A DNA stretch of 64,000 nt. It comes from Eledone cirrhosa (taxonomy: Eukaryota). A program made the position numbers and the translations under genes. How positions within the stretch are numbered: position 1 is the stretch's first letter; the number at the start of each line of letters is the position of its first letter. The notes under the pieces are model-generated. The model ran no database searches, was not told where the DNA came from, and worked only from the letters and a program-made list of their open reading frames with translations. Positions 14,701 to 29,550 of the stretch are shown one piece after another. The stretch spans positions 139,996,001 through 140,060,000 of the forward strand of contig OZ024743.1 of assembly GCA_964016885.1 (NCBI GenBank). Reading direction: 5' to 3'.

Positions 14701-17700
14701 CAAACGCCAAACCCCATACGCCAAACAGCAAATGCCAAACCCCAAACGCCAAACAGCAAACGCCAAGCACCGAACACCAAACACCAAGCGCCAAGCACCA
14801 AACACCAAACACCAAGCACCAAGCACCAAACACCAAACACCAAGCACCAATCACCAAACACCAAGCACCAAGTGCCAAGCACCAAACACCAAACACCTAG
14901 CACCAAGCACCAAGCACCAAACACCAAGTACCAAACACCAATCACCGAGCCCCAAGCACCAAGCACCAAGCGCCAAGCACCAAACACCAAACACCAAGCA
15001 CCAAGCACCAAACACCAAACACCAAGCACCAATCACCAAACACCAAGCACCAAGCGCCAAGCACCAAACACCAAACACCTAGCACCAAGCACCAAGCACC
15101 AAACACCAAGTACCAAACACCAATCACCAAGCCCCAAGCACCAAACACCAAGCACCAAGCACCAAACAGCAAACACCAAACACCAAACACCAACCAGCAA
15201 ACACCAAACACCAAACACCAAACAGCAAACACCAAACAGCAAACACCAAACAGCAAACACCAAACACCAAACACCAAACAGCAAATGCCAAAAAGCAAAC
15301 GCCAAACCCCAAACGCCAAACAGCAAATGCCAAACCCCAAACGCCAAACAGCAAACGCCAAGCGCCAAACGCCAAACACCAAGTGCCAAGCACCAAACAC
15401 CAAACACCAAGCACCAAGCACCAAGCACCAAACACCAAACACCAAGCACCAAGTACCAAACACCAAACACCAAGCACCAAACACCAAACAGCAAACGCCA
15501 AAAAGCAAACGCCAAACCCCATACGCCAAACAGCAAATGCCAGACCCCAAACGCCAAACAGCAAACGCCAAGCACCAAACACCAAACACCAAGCGCCAAG
15601 CACCAAACACCAAACACCAAGCACCAAGCACCAAACACCAAACACCAAGCACCAATCACCAAACACCAAGCACCAAGCGCCAAGCACCAAACACCAAACA
15701 CCTAGCACCAAGCACCAAGCACCAAACACCAAGCACCAAACACCAATCACCAAGCCCCAAGCACCAAACACCAAGCACCAAGCACCAAACACCAAACACC
15801 AAGCACCAAGCACCCAGAACCAAGCACCAAGCACCAAACACCAAGCACCAAGCACCGAGCACCAAACACCAAGAACCAAGCACCAAGCACTAAACACCAA
15901 ACACCAAGTACCAAGCACCAAACACCAAACACCAAGCACCAAGTACCAAACTCCAAACACCAAACACCAAGCACCAAGCACCAAATCCCAAGCACCAAAC
16001 ACCAAGCACCAATCACCAAACACCAAACACCAAGCACCAAGCACCAAACTCCAAAAACCAAGCACCAAGCACCAAGCACCAAACACCAAACGCCAAACAC
16101 CAAACACCAAGTACCAAGCACCAAACACCAAGCACCAAGCGCCAAAGACCAAACACCAAGCACCAAGCACGAAACACCAAGCACCAAGCACCGAGCACCA
16201 AACACCAAGTACCAAGCACCAATCACCAAACACCAAGCACCAAGCACCAAACACCAAACACCAAGCACCAAGCACCAAACACCAAACACCAAGCACCAAG
16301 CCCCAAGCACCAAACACCAAGCACCAAGCACCAAACACCAAACACCAAGCACCAAGCACTAAACACCAAACACCAAGCACCAAGCACCAAGCACCAAGCA
16401 CCAAGCACCAAACACCAAGCACCAAGCACCAAGCACCAAGCACCAAGCACCAAACAGCAAGCACCAAGCACCAAACAGCAAACACCAAACACCAAACACC
16501 AAACACCAAGCACCAAGCACCAAACACCAAACACCAAACACCAAGCACCAAGCCCCAAGCACCAGACACCAAGCACCAAGCACCAAACACCAAGCACGAA
16601 GCACCAAGCACCATGCACCAAACACCAAGCACCAAGCACCAAACAGCAAACACCAAACAGCAAACACCAAACACCAAACACCAACCAGCAAACACCAAAC
16701 ACCAAACACCAAACAGCAAACACCAAACTGCAAACACCAAACAGCAAACACCAAACACCAAACACCAAACACCAAGCACCAACCACCAAGCACCAAAAAT
16801 CAAGCACCAACCACCAAGCGCCAAACGCCAAACACCAAGCGCCAAGCACCAAACACCAAACACCAAGCACCAAGCACCAAACACCAAACACCAAGCACCA
16901 AGTACCAAACACCAAACACCAAGCACCAAACACCAAACAGCAAACGCCAAAAAGCAAACGCCAAACCCCATACGCCAAACAGCAAATGCCAAACCCCAAA
17001 CGCCAAACAGCAAAGGCCAAGCACCGAACACCAAACACCAAGCGCCAAGCACCAAACACCAAACACCAAGCACCAAGCACCAAACACCAAACACCAAGCA
17101 CCAATCACCAAACACCAAGCACCAAGCGCCAAGCACCAAACACCAAACACCTAGCACCAAGCACCAAGCACCAAACACCAAGTACCAAACACCAATCACC
17201 AAGCCCCAAGCACCAAACACCAAGCACCAAGCACCAAACACCAAACACCAAGCACCAAGCACCCAGAACCAAGCACCAAGCACCAAACACCAAGCACCAA
17301 GCACCGAGCACCAAACACCAAGAACCAAGCACCAAGCACTAAACACCAAACACCAAGCACCAAGCACCAAACACCAAACACCAAGCACCAAACACCAAAC
17401 AGCAAACGCCAAAAAGCAAACGCCAAACCCCATACGCCAAACAGCAAATGCCAAACCCCAAACGCCAAACAGCTAACGCCAGGCACCAAACACCAAACAC
17501 CAAGCGCCAAGCACCAAACACCAAACACCAAGCACCAAGCACCAAACACCAAACACCAAGCACCAATCACCAAACACCAAGCACCAAGCGCCAAGCACCA
17601 AACACCAAACACCTAGCACCAAGCACCAAGCACCAAACACCAAGCACCAAACACCAATCACCAAGCCCCAAGCACCAAACACCAAGCACCAAGCACCAAA

Positions 17701-20049
17701 CACCAAACACCAAGCACCAAGCACCAAGGACCAAGCACCAAACACCAAGCACCAAGCAGCGAGCACCAAACACCAAGAACCAAGCACCAAGCACTAAACA
17801 CCAAACACCAAGCACCAAGCACCAAACACCAAACACCAAGCACCAAGTACCAAACTCCAAACACCAAACACCAAGCACCAAGCACCAAATCCCAAGCACC
17901 AAACACCAAGCACCAAACACTAAACACCAAACACCAAGCACCAAGCACCAAACTCCAAAAACCAAGCACCAACCACCAAGCACCAAACACCAAACGCCAA
18001 ACACCAAACACCAAGTACCAAGCACTAAACACCAAGCACCAAGCGCCAAAGACCAAACACCAAGCACCAAGCACGAAACACCAAGCACCAAGCACCGAGC
18101 ACCAAACACCAAGTACCAAGCACCAATCACCAAACACCAAGCACCAAGCACCAAACACCAAACACCAAGCACCAAGCACCAAACACCAAACACCAAGCAC
18201 CAAGCATCACACACCAAATACCAAGCACCAAGCACTAAACACCAAACACCAAGCACCAAGCACCAAGCATCAAGCACCAAACACCAAACACCAACCACCA
18301 AGCACCAAACACCAAACACAAAACAACAAGTACCAAGCACCAAACACCAAACACCAAACACCAAACACCAAGCACCAAGCACAAGACACCAAGCACCAAG
18401 CACCAAGCACCAAGCACCAAAAACCAAGCACCAAGCTCCAAGCACCAAACACCAAGCACCAAACACCAAACACCAAGCACCAAGCACCAACCACCAAGCA
18501 CCAAGCGCCAAACACCAAACACCAAGCACCAAGCACCAAACACCAAGCACCAACCACCAAGCACCAAACACCAAGCACCAAGCACCAAGCACCAAGCACC
18601 AAGCACCAAACACCAAGCACCAAGCACCAAACAGCAAACACCAAGCACCAAACACCAAACACCAAGCACCAAGCAACAAACACCAAACACCAAGCACCAA
18701 ACACCAAGCACCAAGCCCCAAGCACCAAACACCAAGCACCATGCACCAAACACCAAGCACCAAGCACCAAGCACCATGCACCAAATACCAAGCACCAAGC
18801 ACCAAACAGCAAACACCAAACAGCAAACACCAAACAGCAAACATCAAACAGCAAACACCAAACAGCAAACACCAAACAGCAAACGCCAAAAAGCAAACGC
18901 CAAACTCCAAACGCCAAACAGCAAATGCCAAACCCAAACGCCAAACAGCAAACGCCAAGCACAAAACACCAAACACCAAGCGCCAAGCACCAAACACCAA
19001 ACACCAAGCACCAAGCACCAAACACCAAACACCAAGCACCAAGTACCAAACACCAAACACCAAGCACCAAACACCAAACAGCAAACGCAAAAAAGCAAAC
19101 GCCAAACCCCATACGCCAAACAGCAAATGCCAAACCCCAAATGCCAAACGGCAAACGCCAAGCACCAAACACCAAACACCAAGCGCCAAGCACCAAACAC
19201 CAAACACCAAGCACCAAGCACCAAACACCAAACACCAAGCACCAATCACCAAACACCAAACACCAAGCGCCAAACACCAAACACCAAACACCTATCACCA
19301 AGCACCAAGCACCAAACACCAAGCACCAAACACCAAGCACCAAGCACCAAGCACCAAGCACCAAACACCAATCACCAAGCCCCTAGCACCAAACACCAAG
19401 CACCCAGCACCAAACACCAAACACCAAGCACCAAGCACCCAGAACAAAGCACCAAGCACCAAACACCAAACACCAAGCTCCAAGCACCAAACACCAAACA
19501 CCAAGCACCAAGCACCAAGCACCAAGCACCGAACACCAAGCACCAAGCACCAAGCACCAAGCACCAAGCACCAAGCACCAAACACCAATCACCAAGCCCC
19601 AAGCACCAAACACCAAGCACCAAGCACCAAACACCAAACACCAAGCACCAAGCACCAAACACCAAACACCAAGCACCAAGCACCAAGCACCAAGCACCAA
19701 ACACCATACACCAAGCACCAAGGACCAAACACCAAAAACCAAACAGCAAGCACCAAGCACCAAGCACCAGACACCAAGCACCGAGCACCTAACACCAAAC
19801 ACCAAGCACCAAGCACTAAACACCAAACACCAAGCACCAAGCACCAAGCACCAAGCACCAAACACCAAGCACCAAGCACCAAACAGCAAACACCAAGCAC
19901 CAAACACCAAACACCAAGCACCAAGCAACAAACACCAAACACCAAGCACCAAACACCAAGCACCCAGCCCCAAGCACCAAACACCAAGCACCAAGCACCA
20001 AACACCAAGCACCAAGCACCAAGCACCATGCACCAAACACCAAACACCA

Positions 20050-23000
20050 AATAGCAAACACCAAACACCAAACAGCAAACACCAAACAGCAAACACCAAA
20101 CAGCAAACACCAAACACCAAACACCAAACAGCAAACGCCAACCAGCAAATGCCAAACCCCAAACGCCAAACAGCAAACGCCAAGCGCCAAACACCAAACA
20201 CCAAGCGCCAAGCACCAAACACCAAACACCAAGCACCAAGCACCAAACACCAAGCACCAAGCACCAAACACCAAACAACAAGCACCAAGTACCAAACACC
20301 AAACACCAAACACCAAACACCAAACAGCAAACGCCAAAAAGCAAACGCCAAACTCCAAACGCCAAACAGCAAATGCCAAGGACCAAACACCAAACACCAA
20401 GCGCCAAGCACCTAACACCGAACACCAAGCACCAAGTAACACACATCAAACACCGAGCACCAAACACCAAGCACAAAGCATCAAACACCAAGCACCAAGC
20501 ACGAAACACCAAGCACAAAGCACCGAGCACCAAACACCAAGTACCAAGCACCAATCACCAAACACCAAGCACCAAGCACCAAACACCAAACAGCAAGCAC
20601 CAAGCACCAAATACCAAACACCAAGCATCAAGCACCACACACCAACTACCAAGCACCAAGCACTAAACACCAAACACCAAGCACCAAGCACCAAGCATCA
20701 AGCACCAAGCACCAAACACCAAGCACCAAGCACCAAGCACCAAACATAAAACAACAAGTACCAAGCACCAAACACCAAACACCAAACACCAAACACCAAG
20801 CACAAAGCACCAAACACCAAACACCAAGCACCAAGCACCAGACACCAAGCACCAAGCACCAAGCACCAAGCACCAGAAACCAAGCACCAAGCACCAAGGA
20901 CCAAACACCAAGCACCAAACACCAAACACCAAGCATCAAGCACCAAACACCAAACACCAAGCACCAAACACCAAACACCAAGCACCAATCACCAAACACC
21001 AAGCACCAAGCGCCAAACACCAAACACCAAACACCTAGCACCAAGCAACAAGCACCGAACACAAAGCACCAAACACCAAGCACCAAGCACCAAGCACCAA
21101 GCACCAAGCACCAAACACCAATCACCAAGCCCGAAGCACCAAACACGAAGCACCAAGCACCAAACACCAAACACCAAGCACCATGCACCCAGAACCAAGC
21201 ACCAAGCACCAAACACCAAACACCAAGCACCAAGCACCAATCACCAAACACCAAGCACCAAGCACCAAGCACCAAGCACCAAACACCATACACCAAGCAC
21301 CAAGCACCAAACACCAAAAACCAATCACCAAGCACCAAAGAGCAAACACCAAGCCCCAAGCACCAAACACCAAACACCAAACACCAAACAGCAAACACTA
21401 AACACCAAACACCAAACAGCAAACACGAAACACCAAATAGCAAACACCAAACACCAACCAGGAAACACCAAACAGCAAACACCAAACAGCAAACGCCAAA
21501 CAGCAAACATAAACACCAAACACCAAACACCAAGCACCAAGCACCAAGCACAAAACACCAAGCAACAAGCGCCAAGCACCAAACGCCAAACACCAAACAC
21601 CAAACAGCAAACACCAATCACCAAACACCAGACACCAAACACCAAACAGCAAACACCAAACACCAAACAGCAAACACCAAACACCAAACACCAAACAGCA
21701 AACACGAAACAGCAAACACCAAACAGCAAACACCAAACAGCAAACACCAAACAGCAAACACCAAACACCAAACACCAAACACCAAGCACCAAGCACCAAA
21801 CACCAAGCACCAAGCAACAAGCACCAATCACCAAGCACCAAGCACTAAACGCCAAACACCTAGCACCAAGCACCAAGCACCAAACACCAAGCACCAAGCA
21901 CCAAGCACCAAGCACCAAACACCAAGCACCAAAGACCAAGCCCCAAATACCAAGCACCAAGCACCAAACACCAGTCACCAGGCACCAAGCACCAAACACC
22001 AACAACCAAGCACCAAGCACTAAACACCAAACACCAAGCACCAAATCCCAAGCACCAAACACCAAGCACCAATCACCAAACACCAAACACCAAGCACCAA
22101 GCACCAAACACCCAAAACCAAGCACCAAGCACCAAGCACCAAACACCAAACACTGAACACCAAGTACCAAGCACCAAACACCAAGCACCAAGCGCCAAAG
22201 ACCAAACACCAAGCACCAAGCACGAAACACCAAGCACCAAGCACCGAGCACCAAACACCAAGTACCAGGCACCAATCAACAAACACCAAGCACCAAGCAC
22301 CAAATACCAGACAGCAAGCACCAAGCACCAAACACCAAACACCAAGCACCAAGCACCAAACACCAAGCACCAAGCGCCAAACACCAAACACCAAGCACCA
22401 AGCACCAAACTCCAAGCACCAACCACCAAGCACCAAACACCAAGCACCAAGCACCAAACACCAAGCACCAATCACCAAACAGCAAACACAAAGCACCAAA
22501 CACCAAACACAAAGCACCAAGCACCAAACACCAAGCACCAAGCACCAAACACCAAGCACCAAGCACCAAACCCCAAAAACCAATCACCAAGCACCAAAGA
22601 GCAAACACCAAGCCCCAAGCACCAAACACCAAACACCAAACACCAAATAGCAAACACTATACACCAAACACCAAACAGCAAACACAAAACACCAAATAGC
22701 AAATACCAAACAGCAAACACCAAACACCAAACAGCAAACACCAAACACCAACCAGGAAACACCAAACACCAAGCACCAAACACCAAGCACCAAGCCCCAA
22801 GCACCAAAAACCAAGCACCAAGCACCAAACACCAAGCACCAAGCACCATGCACCAAACACCAAGCACCAAGCACCAAACAGCAAACACCAAACAGCAAAC
22901 ACCAAACATCAAACACCAACCAGCAAACACCAAGCACCAAACACCAAACACCAAGCACCAAGCACCAAACACCAAACACCAAGCACCAAGCACCACACAC

Positions 23001-26000
23001 CAAATACCAAGCACCAAGCACTAAACACCAAACACCAAGCACCAAGCACCAAGCATCAAGCACCAAGCACCAAACACCAACCACCAAGCACCAAGCACCA
23101 AACACAAAACAACAAGTACCAAGCACCAGACACCAAGCACCAAGCACCAAGCACCAAGCACCAAAAACCAAGCACCAAGCTCCAAGCACCAAACACCAAG
23201 CACCAAACACCAAACACCAAGCACCAAGCACCAAACACCAAGCACCAAGCGCCAAACACCAAACTCCAAGCTCCAAGCACCAAACACCAAGCACCAACCA
23301 CCAAGCACCAAACACCAAGCACCAGGCACCAAGCACCACACACCAAATACCAAGCACCAAACACTAAACACCAAACACCAAGCACCAAGCACCAAGCATC
23401 AAGCACCAAGCACCAAACACCAACCACCAAGCACCAAGCACCAAACACAAAACAACAAGTACCAAGCACCAAACACCAAACACCAAACACCAAACACCAA
23501 GCAACAAGCACCAATCACCAAGCACCAAGCACTAAACACCAAACACCTAGCACCAAGCACCAAGCACCAAACACCAAGCACCAAGCACCAAGCACCAAAC
23601 ACCAAGCACCAAAGACAAAGCCCCAAATACCAAGCACCAAGCACCAAACACTAATCACCAGGGACCAAGCACCAAACACCAAGAACCAAGCACCAAGCAC
23701 TAAACACCAAACACCAAGCACCAAGCACCAAACACCAAACACCAAGCACCAAGTACCAAACTCCAAACACCAAACACCAAGCACCAAGCACCAAATCCCA
23801 AGCACCAAACACCAAGCACCAATCACCAAACACCAAACACCAAGCACCAAGCACCAAACACCAAAAACCAAGCACCAAGCACCAAGCACCAAACACCAAG
23901 CACCAAGCACCGAGCACCAAACACCAAGAACCAAGCCCCAAGCACCAAACACCAAGCACCAAGCACCAAACACCAAGCACCAAGCACCAAGCACCATGCA
24001 CCAAACACCAAGCACCAAGCACCAAACAGCAAACACCAAACAGCAAACACCAAACAGCAAACACCAAACAGCAAACACCAAACACCAAACACCAAACAGC
24101 AAACGCCAAAAAGCAAACGCCAAACTCCAAACGCCAAACAGCAAATGCCAAACCCCAAACGCCAAACAGCAAACGCCAAGCACCAAACACCAAACACCAA
24201 GCGCCAAGCACCAAACACCAAACACCAAGCACCAAGCACCAAACACCAAACACCAAGCACCAAGTACCAAACACCAAACACCAAGCACCAAACACCAAAC
24301 AGCAAACGCAAAAAAGCAAACGACAAACCCCATACGCCAAACAGCAAATGCCAAACCCCAAACGCCAAACAGCAAACGCCAAGCACCAAACACCAAACAC
24401 CAAGCGCCAAGCGCCAAACACCAAGCACCAAGCACCAAGCACCAAACACCAAACACCAAGCACCAATCACCAAACACCAAACACCAAGCGCCAAACACCA
24501 AACACCAAACGCCTAGCACCAATCACCAATCACCAAACACCAAGCACCAAACACCAAGCACCAAGCACCAAGCACCAAGCACCAAGCACCAAACACCAAT
24601 CACCAAGCCCCAAGCACCAAACACCAAGCACCCAGCACCAAACACCAAACACCAAGCACCAAGCACCCAGAACAAAGCACCAAGCACCAAACACCAAGCA
24701 CCAAGCACCAAGCACCAAGCACCAAACACCAATCACCAAGCCCCAAGCACCAAACACCAAGCACCAAGCACCAAACACCAAAGACCAAGCACCAAGCACC
24801 CAGAACCAAGCACCAAGCACCAAACACCAAACACCAAGCACCAAGCACCAAACACCAAACACCAAGCACCAAGCACCAAGCACCAAGCACCAAACACCAT
24901 ACACCAAGCACCAAGGACCAAACACCAAAAACCAATCACCAAGCACCAAAGAGCAAACACCAAGCCCCAAGCACCAAACACCAAACACCAAACACCAAAT
25001 AGCAAACACTAAACACCAAACACCAAACAGCAAACACAAAACACCAAATAGCAAACACCAAACAGCAAACACCAAACACCAAACAGCAAACACCAAACAC
25101 CAACCAGGAAACACCAACCAGGAAACACCAAACACCAAGCACCAAGCCCCAAGCACCAAACACCAAGCACCAAGCACCAAACACCAAGCACCATGCACCA
25201 AGCACCATGCACCAAACACCAAGCACCAAGCACCAAACAGCAAACACCAAACAGCAAACACCAAACACCAAACACCAAACACCAAACACCAAACAGCAAA
25301 CACCAAACAGCAAACACCAAACAGCAAACACCAAACACCAAACACCAAACAGCAAACGCCAACCAGCAAATGCCAAACCCCAAACGCCAAACAGCAAACG
25401 CCAAGCGCCAAACACCAAACACCAAGCGCCAAGCACCAAACACCAAACACCAAGCACCAAGCACCAAACACCAAGCACCAAGCACCAAACACCAAACAAC
25501 AAGCACCAAGTACCAAACACCAAACACCAAACACCAAACACCAAACAGCAAACGCCAAAAAGCAAACGCCAAACTCCAAACGCCAACCAGGAAACACCAA
25601 ACACCAAGCGCCAAGCACCTAACACCGAACACCAAGCACCAAGTAACACACATCAAACACCGAGCACCAAACACCAAGCACAAAGCACCAAACACCAAGC
25701 ACTAAGCACGAAACACCAAGCACAAAGCACCGAGCACCAAACACCAAGTACCAAGCACCAATCACCAAACACCAAGCACCAAGCACCAAACACCAAACAG
25801 CAAGCACCAAACACCAAACACCAAACACCAAGCATCAAGCACCACACACCAACTACCAAGCACCAAGCACTAAACACCAAACACCAAGCACCAAGCACCA
25901 AGCATCAAGCACCAAGCACCAAACACCAAGCACCAAGCACCAAGCACCAAACATAAAACAACAAGTACCAAGCACCAAACACCAAACACCAAACACCAAA

Positions 26001-29000
26001 CACCAAGCACAAAGCACCAAACACCAAACACCAAGCACCAAGCACCAGACACCAAGCACCAAACACCAAACACCAAGCACCAATCACCAAACACCAAGCA
26101 CCAAGGGCCAAACACCAAACACCAAACACCTAGCACCAAGCACCAAGCACCGAACACAAAGCACCAAACACCAAGCACCAAGCACCAAGCACCAAGCACC
26201 AAACACCAATCACCAAGCCCGAAGCACCAAACACGAAGCACCAAGCACCAAACACCAAACACCAAGCACCATGCACCCAGAACCAAGCACCAAGCACCAA
26301 ACACCAAACACCAAGCACCAAGCACCAATCACCAAACACCAAGCACCAAGCACCAAGCACCAACACCATACACCAAACACCAAGCACCAAACACCAAAAA
26401 CGAATCACCAAGCACCAAAGAGCAAACACCAAGCCCCAAGCACCAAACACCAAACACCAAACACCAAGCAGCAAACACTAAACACCAAACACCAAACAGC
26501 AAACACGAAGCACCAAATAGCAAACACCAAACACCAACCAGGAAACACCAAACAGCAAACACCAAACAGCAAACGCCAAACAGCAAACATAAACACCAAA
26601 CACCAAACACCAAGCACCAAGCACCAAGCACAAAACACCAAGCAACAAGCGCCAAGCACCAAACGCCAAACACCAAACACCAAACAGCAAACACCAATCA
26701 CCAAACACCAGACACCAAACACCAAACAGCAAACACCAAACACCAAACAGCAAACACCAAACACCAAACACCAAACAGCAAACACGAAACAGCAAACACC
26801 AAACAGCAAACACCAAACAACAAACACCAAACAGCAAACACCAAACACCAAACACCAAACACCAAGCACCAAGCACTAAACACCAAACACCTAGCACCAA
26901 GCACCAAGCACCAAACACCAAGCACCAAGCACCAAGCACCAAGCACCAAACACCAAGCACCAAAGACCAAGCCCCAAATACCAAGCACCAAGCACCAAAC
27001 ACCAGTCACCAGGCACCAAGCACCAAACACCAACAACCAAGCACCAAGCACTAAACACCAAACACCAAGCACCAAGCACCAAACACCAAACACCAAGCAC
27101 CAAGTACCAAACTCCAAACACCAAACACCAAGCACCAAGCACCAAATCCCAAGCACCAAACACCAAGCACCAATCACCAAACACCAAACACCAAGCACCA
27201 AGCACCAAACACCCAAAACCAAGCACCAAGCACCAAGCACCAAACACCAAACACTGAACACCAAGTACCAAGCACCAAACACCAAGCACCAAGCGCCAAA
27301 GACCAAACACCAAGCACCAAGCACGAAACACCAAGCACCAAGCACCGAGCACCAAACACCAAGTACCAGGCACCAATCAACAAACACCAAGCACCAAGCA
27401 CCAAATACCAGACAGCAAGCACCAAGCACCAAACACCAAACACCAAGCACCAAGCACCAAACACCAAGCACCAAGCGCCAAACACCAAACACCAAGCACC
27501 AAGCACCAAACACCAAGCACCAACCACCAAGCACCAAACACCAAGCACCAATCACCAAACAGCAAACACAAAGCACCAAACAACAAACACAAAGCACCAA
27601 GCACCAAACACCAAGCACCAAGCACCAAACACCAAGCACCAAGCACCAAACCCCAAAAACCAATCACCAAGCACCAAAGAGCAAACACCAAGCCCCAAGC
27701 ACCAAACACCAAACACCAAACACCAAATAGCAAACACTAAACACCAAACACCAAACAGCAAACACAAAACACCAAATAGCAAATACCAAACAGCAAACAC
27801 CAAACACCAAACAGCAAACACCAAACACCAACCAGGAAACACCAAACACCAAGCACCAAACACCAAGCACCAAGCCCCAAGCACCAAACACCAAGCACCA
27901 AGCACCAAACACCAAGCACCAAGCACCAAACAGCAAACACCAAACAGCAAACACCAAACACCAAACACCAACCAGCAAACACCAAGCACCAAACACCAAA
28001 CACCAAGCACCAAGCACCAAACACCAAACACCAAGCACCAAGCACCACACACCAAATACCAAGCACCAAGCACTAAACACCAAACACCAAGCACCAAGCA
28101 CCAAGCATCAAGCACCAAGCACCAAACACCAACCACCAAGCACCAAGCACCAAACACAAAACAACAAGTACCAAGCACCAGACACCAAGCACCAAGCACC
28201 AAGCACCAAGCACCAAAAACCAAGCACCAAGCTCCAAGCACCAAACACCAAGCACCAAACACCAAACACCAAGCACCAAGCACCAAACACCAAGCACCAA
28301 GCGCCAAACACCAAACTCCAAGCTCCAAGCACCAAACACCAAGCACCAACCACCAAGCACCAAACACCAAGCACCAGGCACCAAGCACCAAGCACCAAGC
28401 ACCAAACACCAAGCACCAAGCACCAAGCAACAAACACCAAACACCAAGCACCAAACACCAAGCACCCAGCCCCAAGCACCAAACACCAAGCACCAAGCAC
28501 CAAACACCAAGCACCAAGCACCAAGCACCATGCACCAAACACCAAGCACCAAGCACCAAACAGCAAACACCAAACAGCAAACACCAAACAGCAAACACCA
28601 AACAGCAAACACCAAACACCAAACACCAAACAGCAAACGCCAAAAAGCAAACGCCAAACTCCAAACGCCAAACAGCAAATGCCAAACCCCAAACGCCAAA
28701 CAGCAAACGCCAAGCACCAAACACCAAACACCAAGCGCCAAGCACCAAACACCAAACACCAAGCACCAAGCACCAAACACCAAACACCAAGCACCAAGTA
28801 CCAAACACCAAACACCAAGCACCAAACACCAAACAGCAAACGCAAAAAAGCAAACGCCAAACCCCATACGCCAAACAGCAAATGCCAAACGCCAAACGCC
28901 AAACAGCAAACGCCAAGCACCAAACACCAAACACCAAGCACCAAGCGCCAAACACCAAGCACCAAGCACCAAGCACCAATCACCAAACACCAAGCACCAA

Positions 29001-29550
29001 TCACCAAACACCAAACACCAAGCGCCAAACACCAAACACCAAACACCTAGCACCAATCACCAATCACCAAACACCAAGCACCAAACACCAAGCACCAAGC
29101 ACCAAGCACCAAGCACCAAGCACCAAACACCAATCACCAAGCCCCAAGCACCAAACACCAAGCACCAAGCACCAAACACCAAACACCAAGCACCAAGCAC
29201 CCAGAACAAAGCACCAAGCACCAAACACCAAGCACCAAGCACCAAGCACCAAGCACCAAACACCAATCACCAAGCCCCAAGCACCAAACACCAAGCACCA
29301 AGCACCAAACACCAAACACCAAGCACCAAGCACCCAGAACCAAGCACCAAGCACCAAACACCGAACACCAAGCACCAAGCACCAAACACCAAACACCAAG
29401 CACCAAGCACCAAGCACCAAGCACCAAACACCATACACCAAGCACCAAGGACCAAACACCAAAAACCAATCACCAAGCACCAAAGAGCAAACACCAAGCC
29501 CCAAGCACCAAACACCAAACACCAAACACCAAATAGCAAACACTAAACAC
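20050..29550. repeat. ~5.1-kb segmental duplication within the heptamer array (boundaries approximate)
   Basis: Paired rare markers: GTAACACACATC 20436/25643; CCATGCACCCAGAACC ~21181/~26269; CCAGTCACCAGG 21971/27002; CACTGAACAC 22151/27252. The offset falls from ~5.2 kb to ~4.5 kb (ORF starts 23996/28530) through internal deletions. Confidence 0.8.
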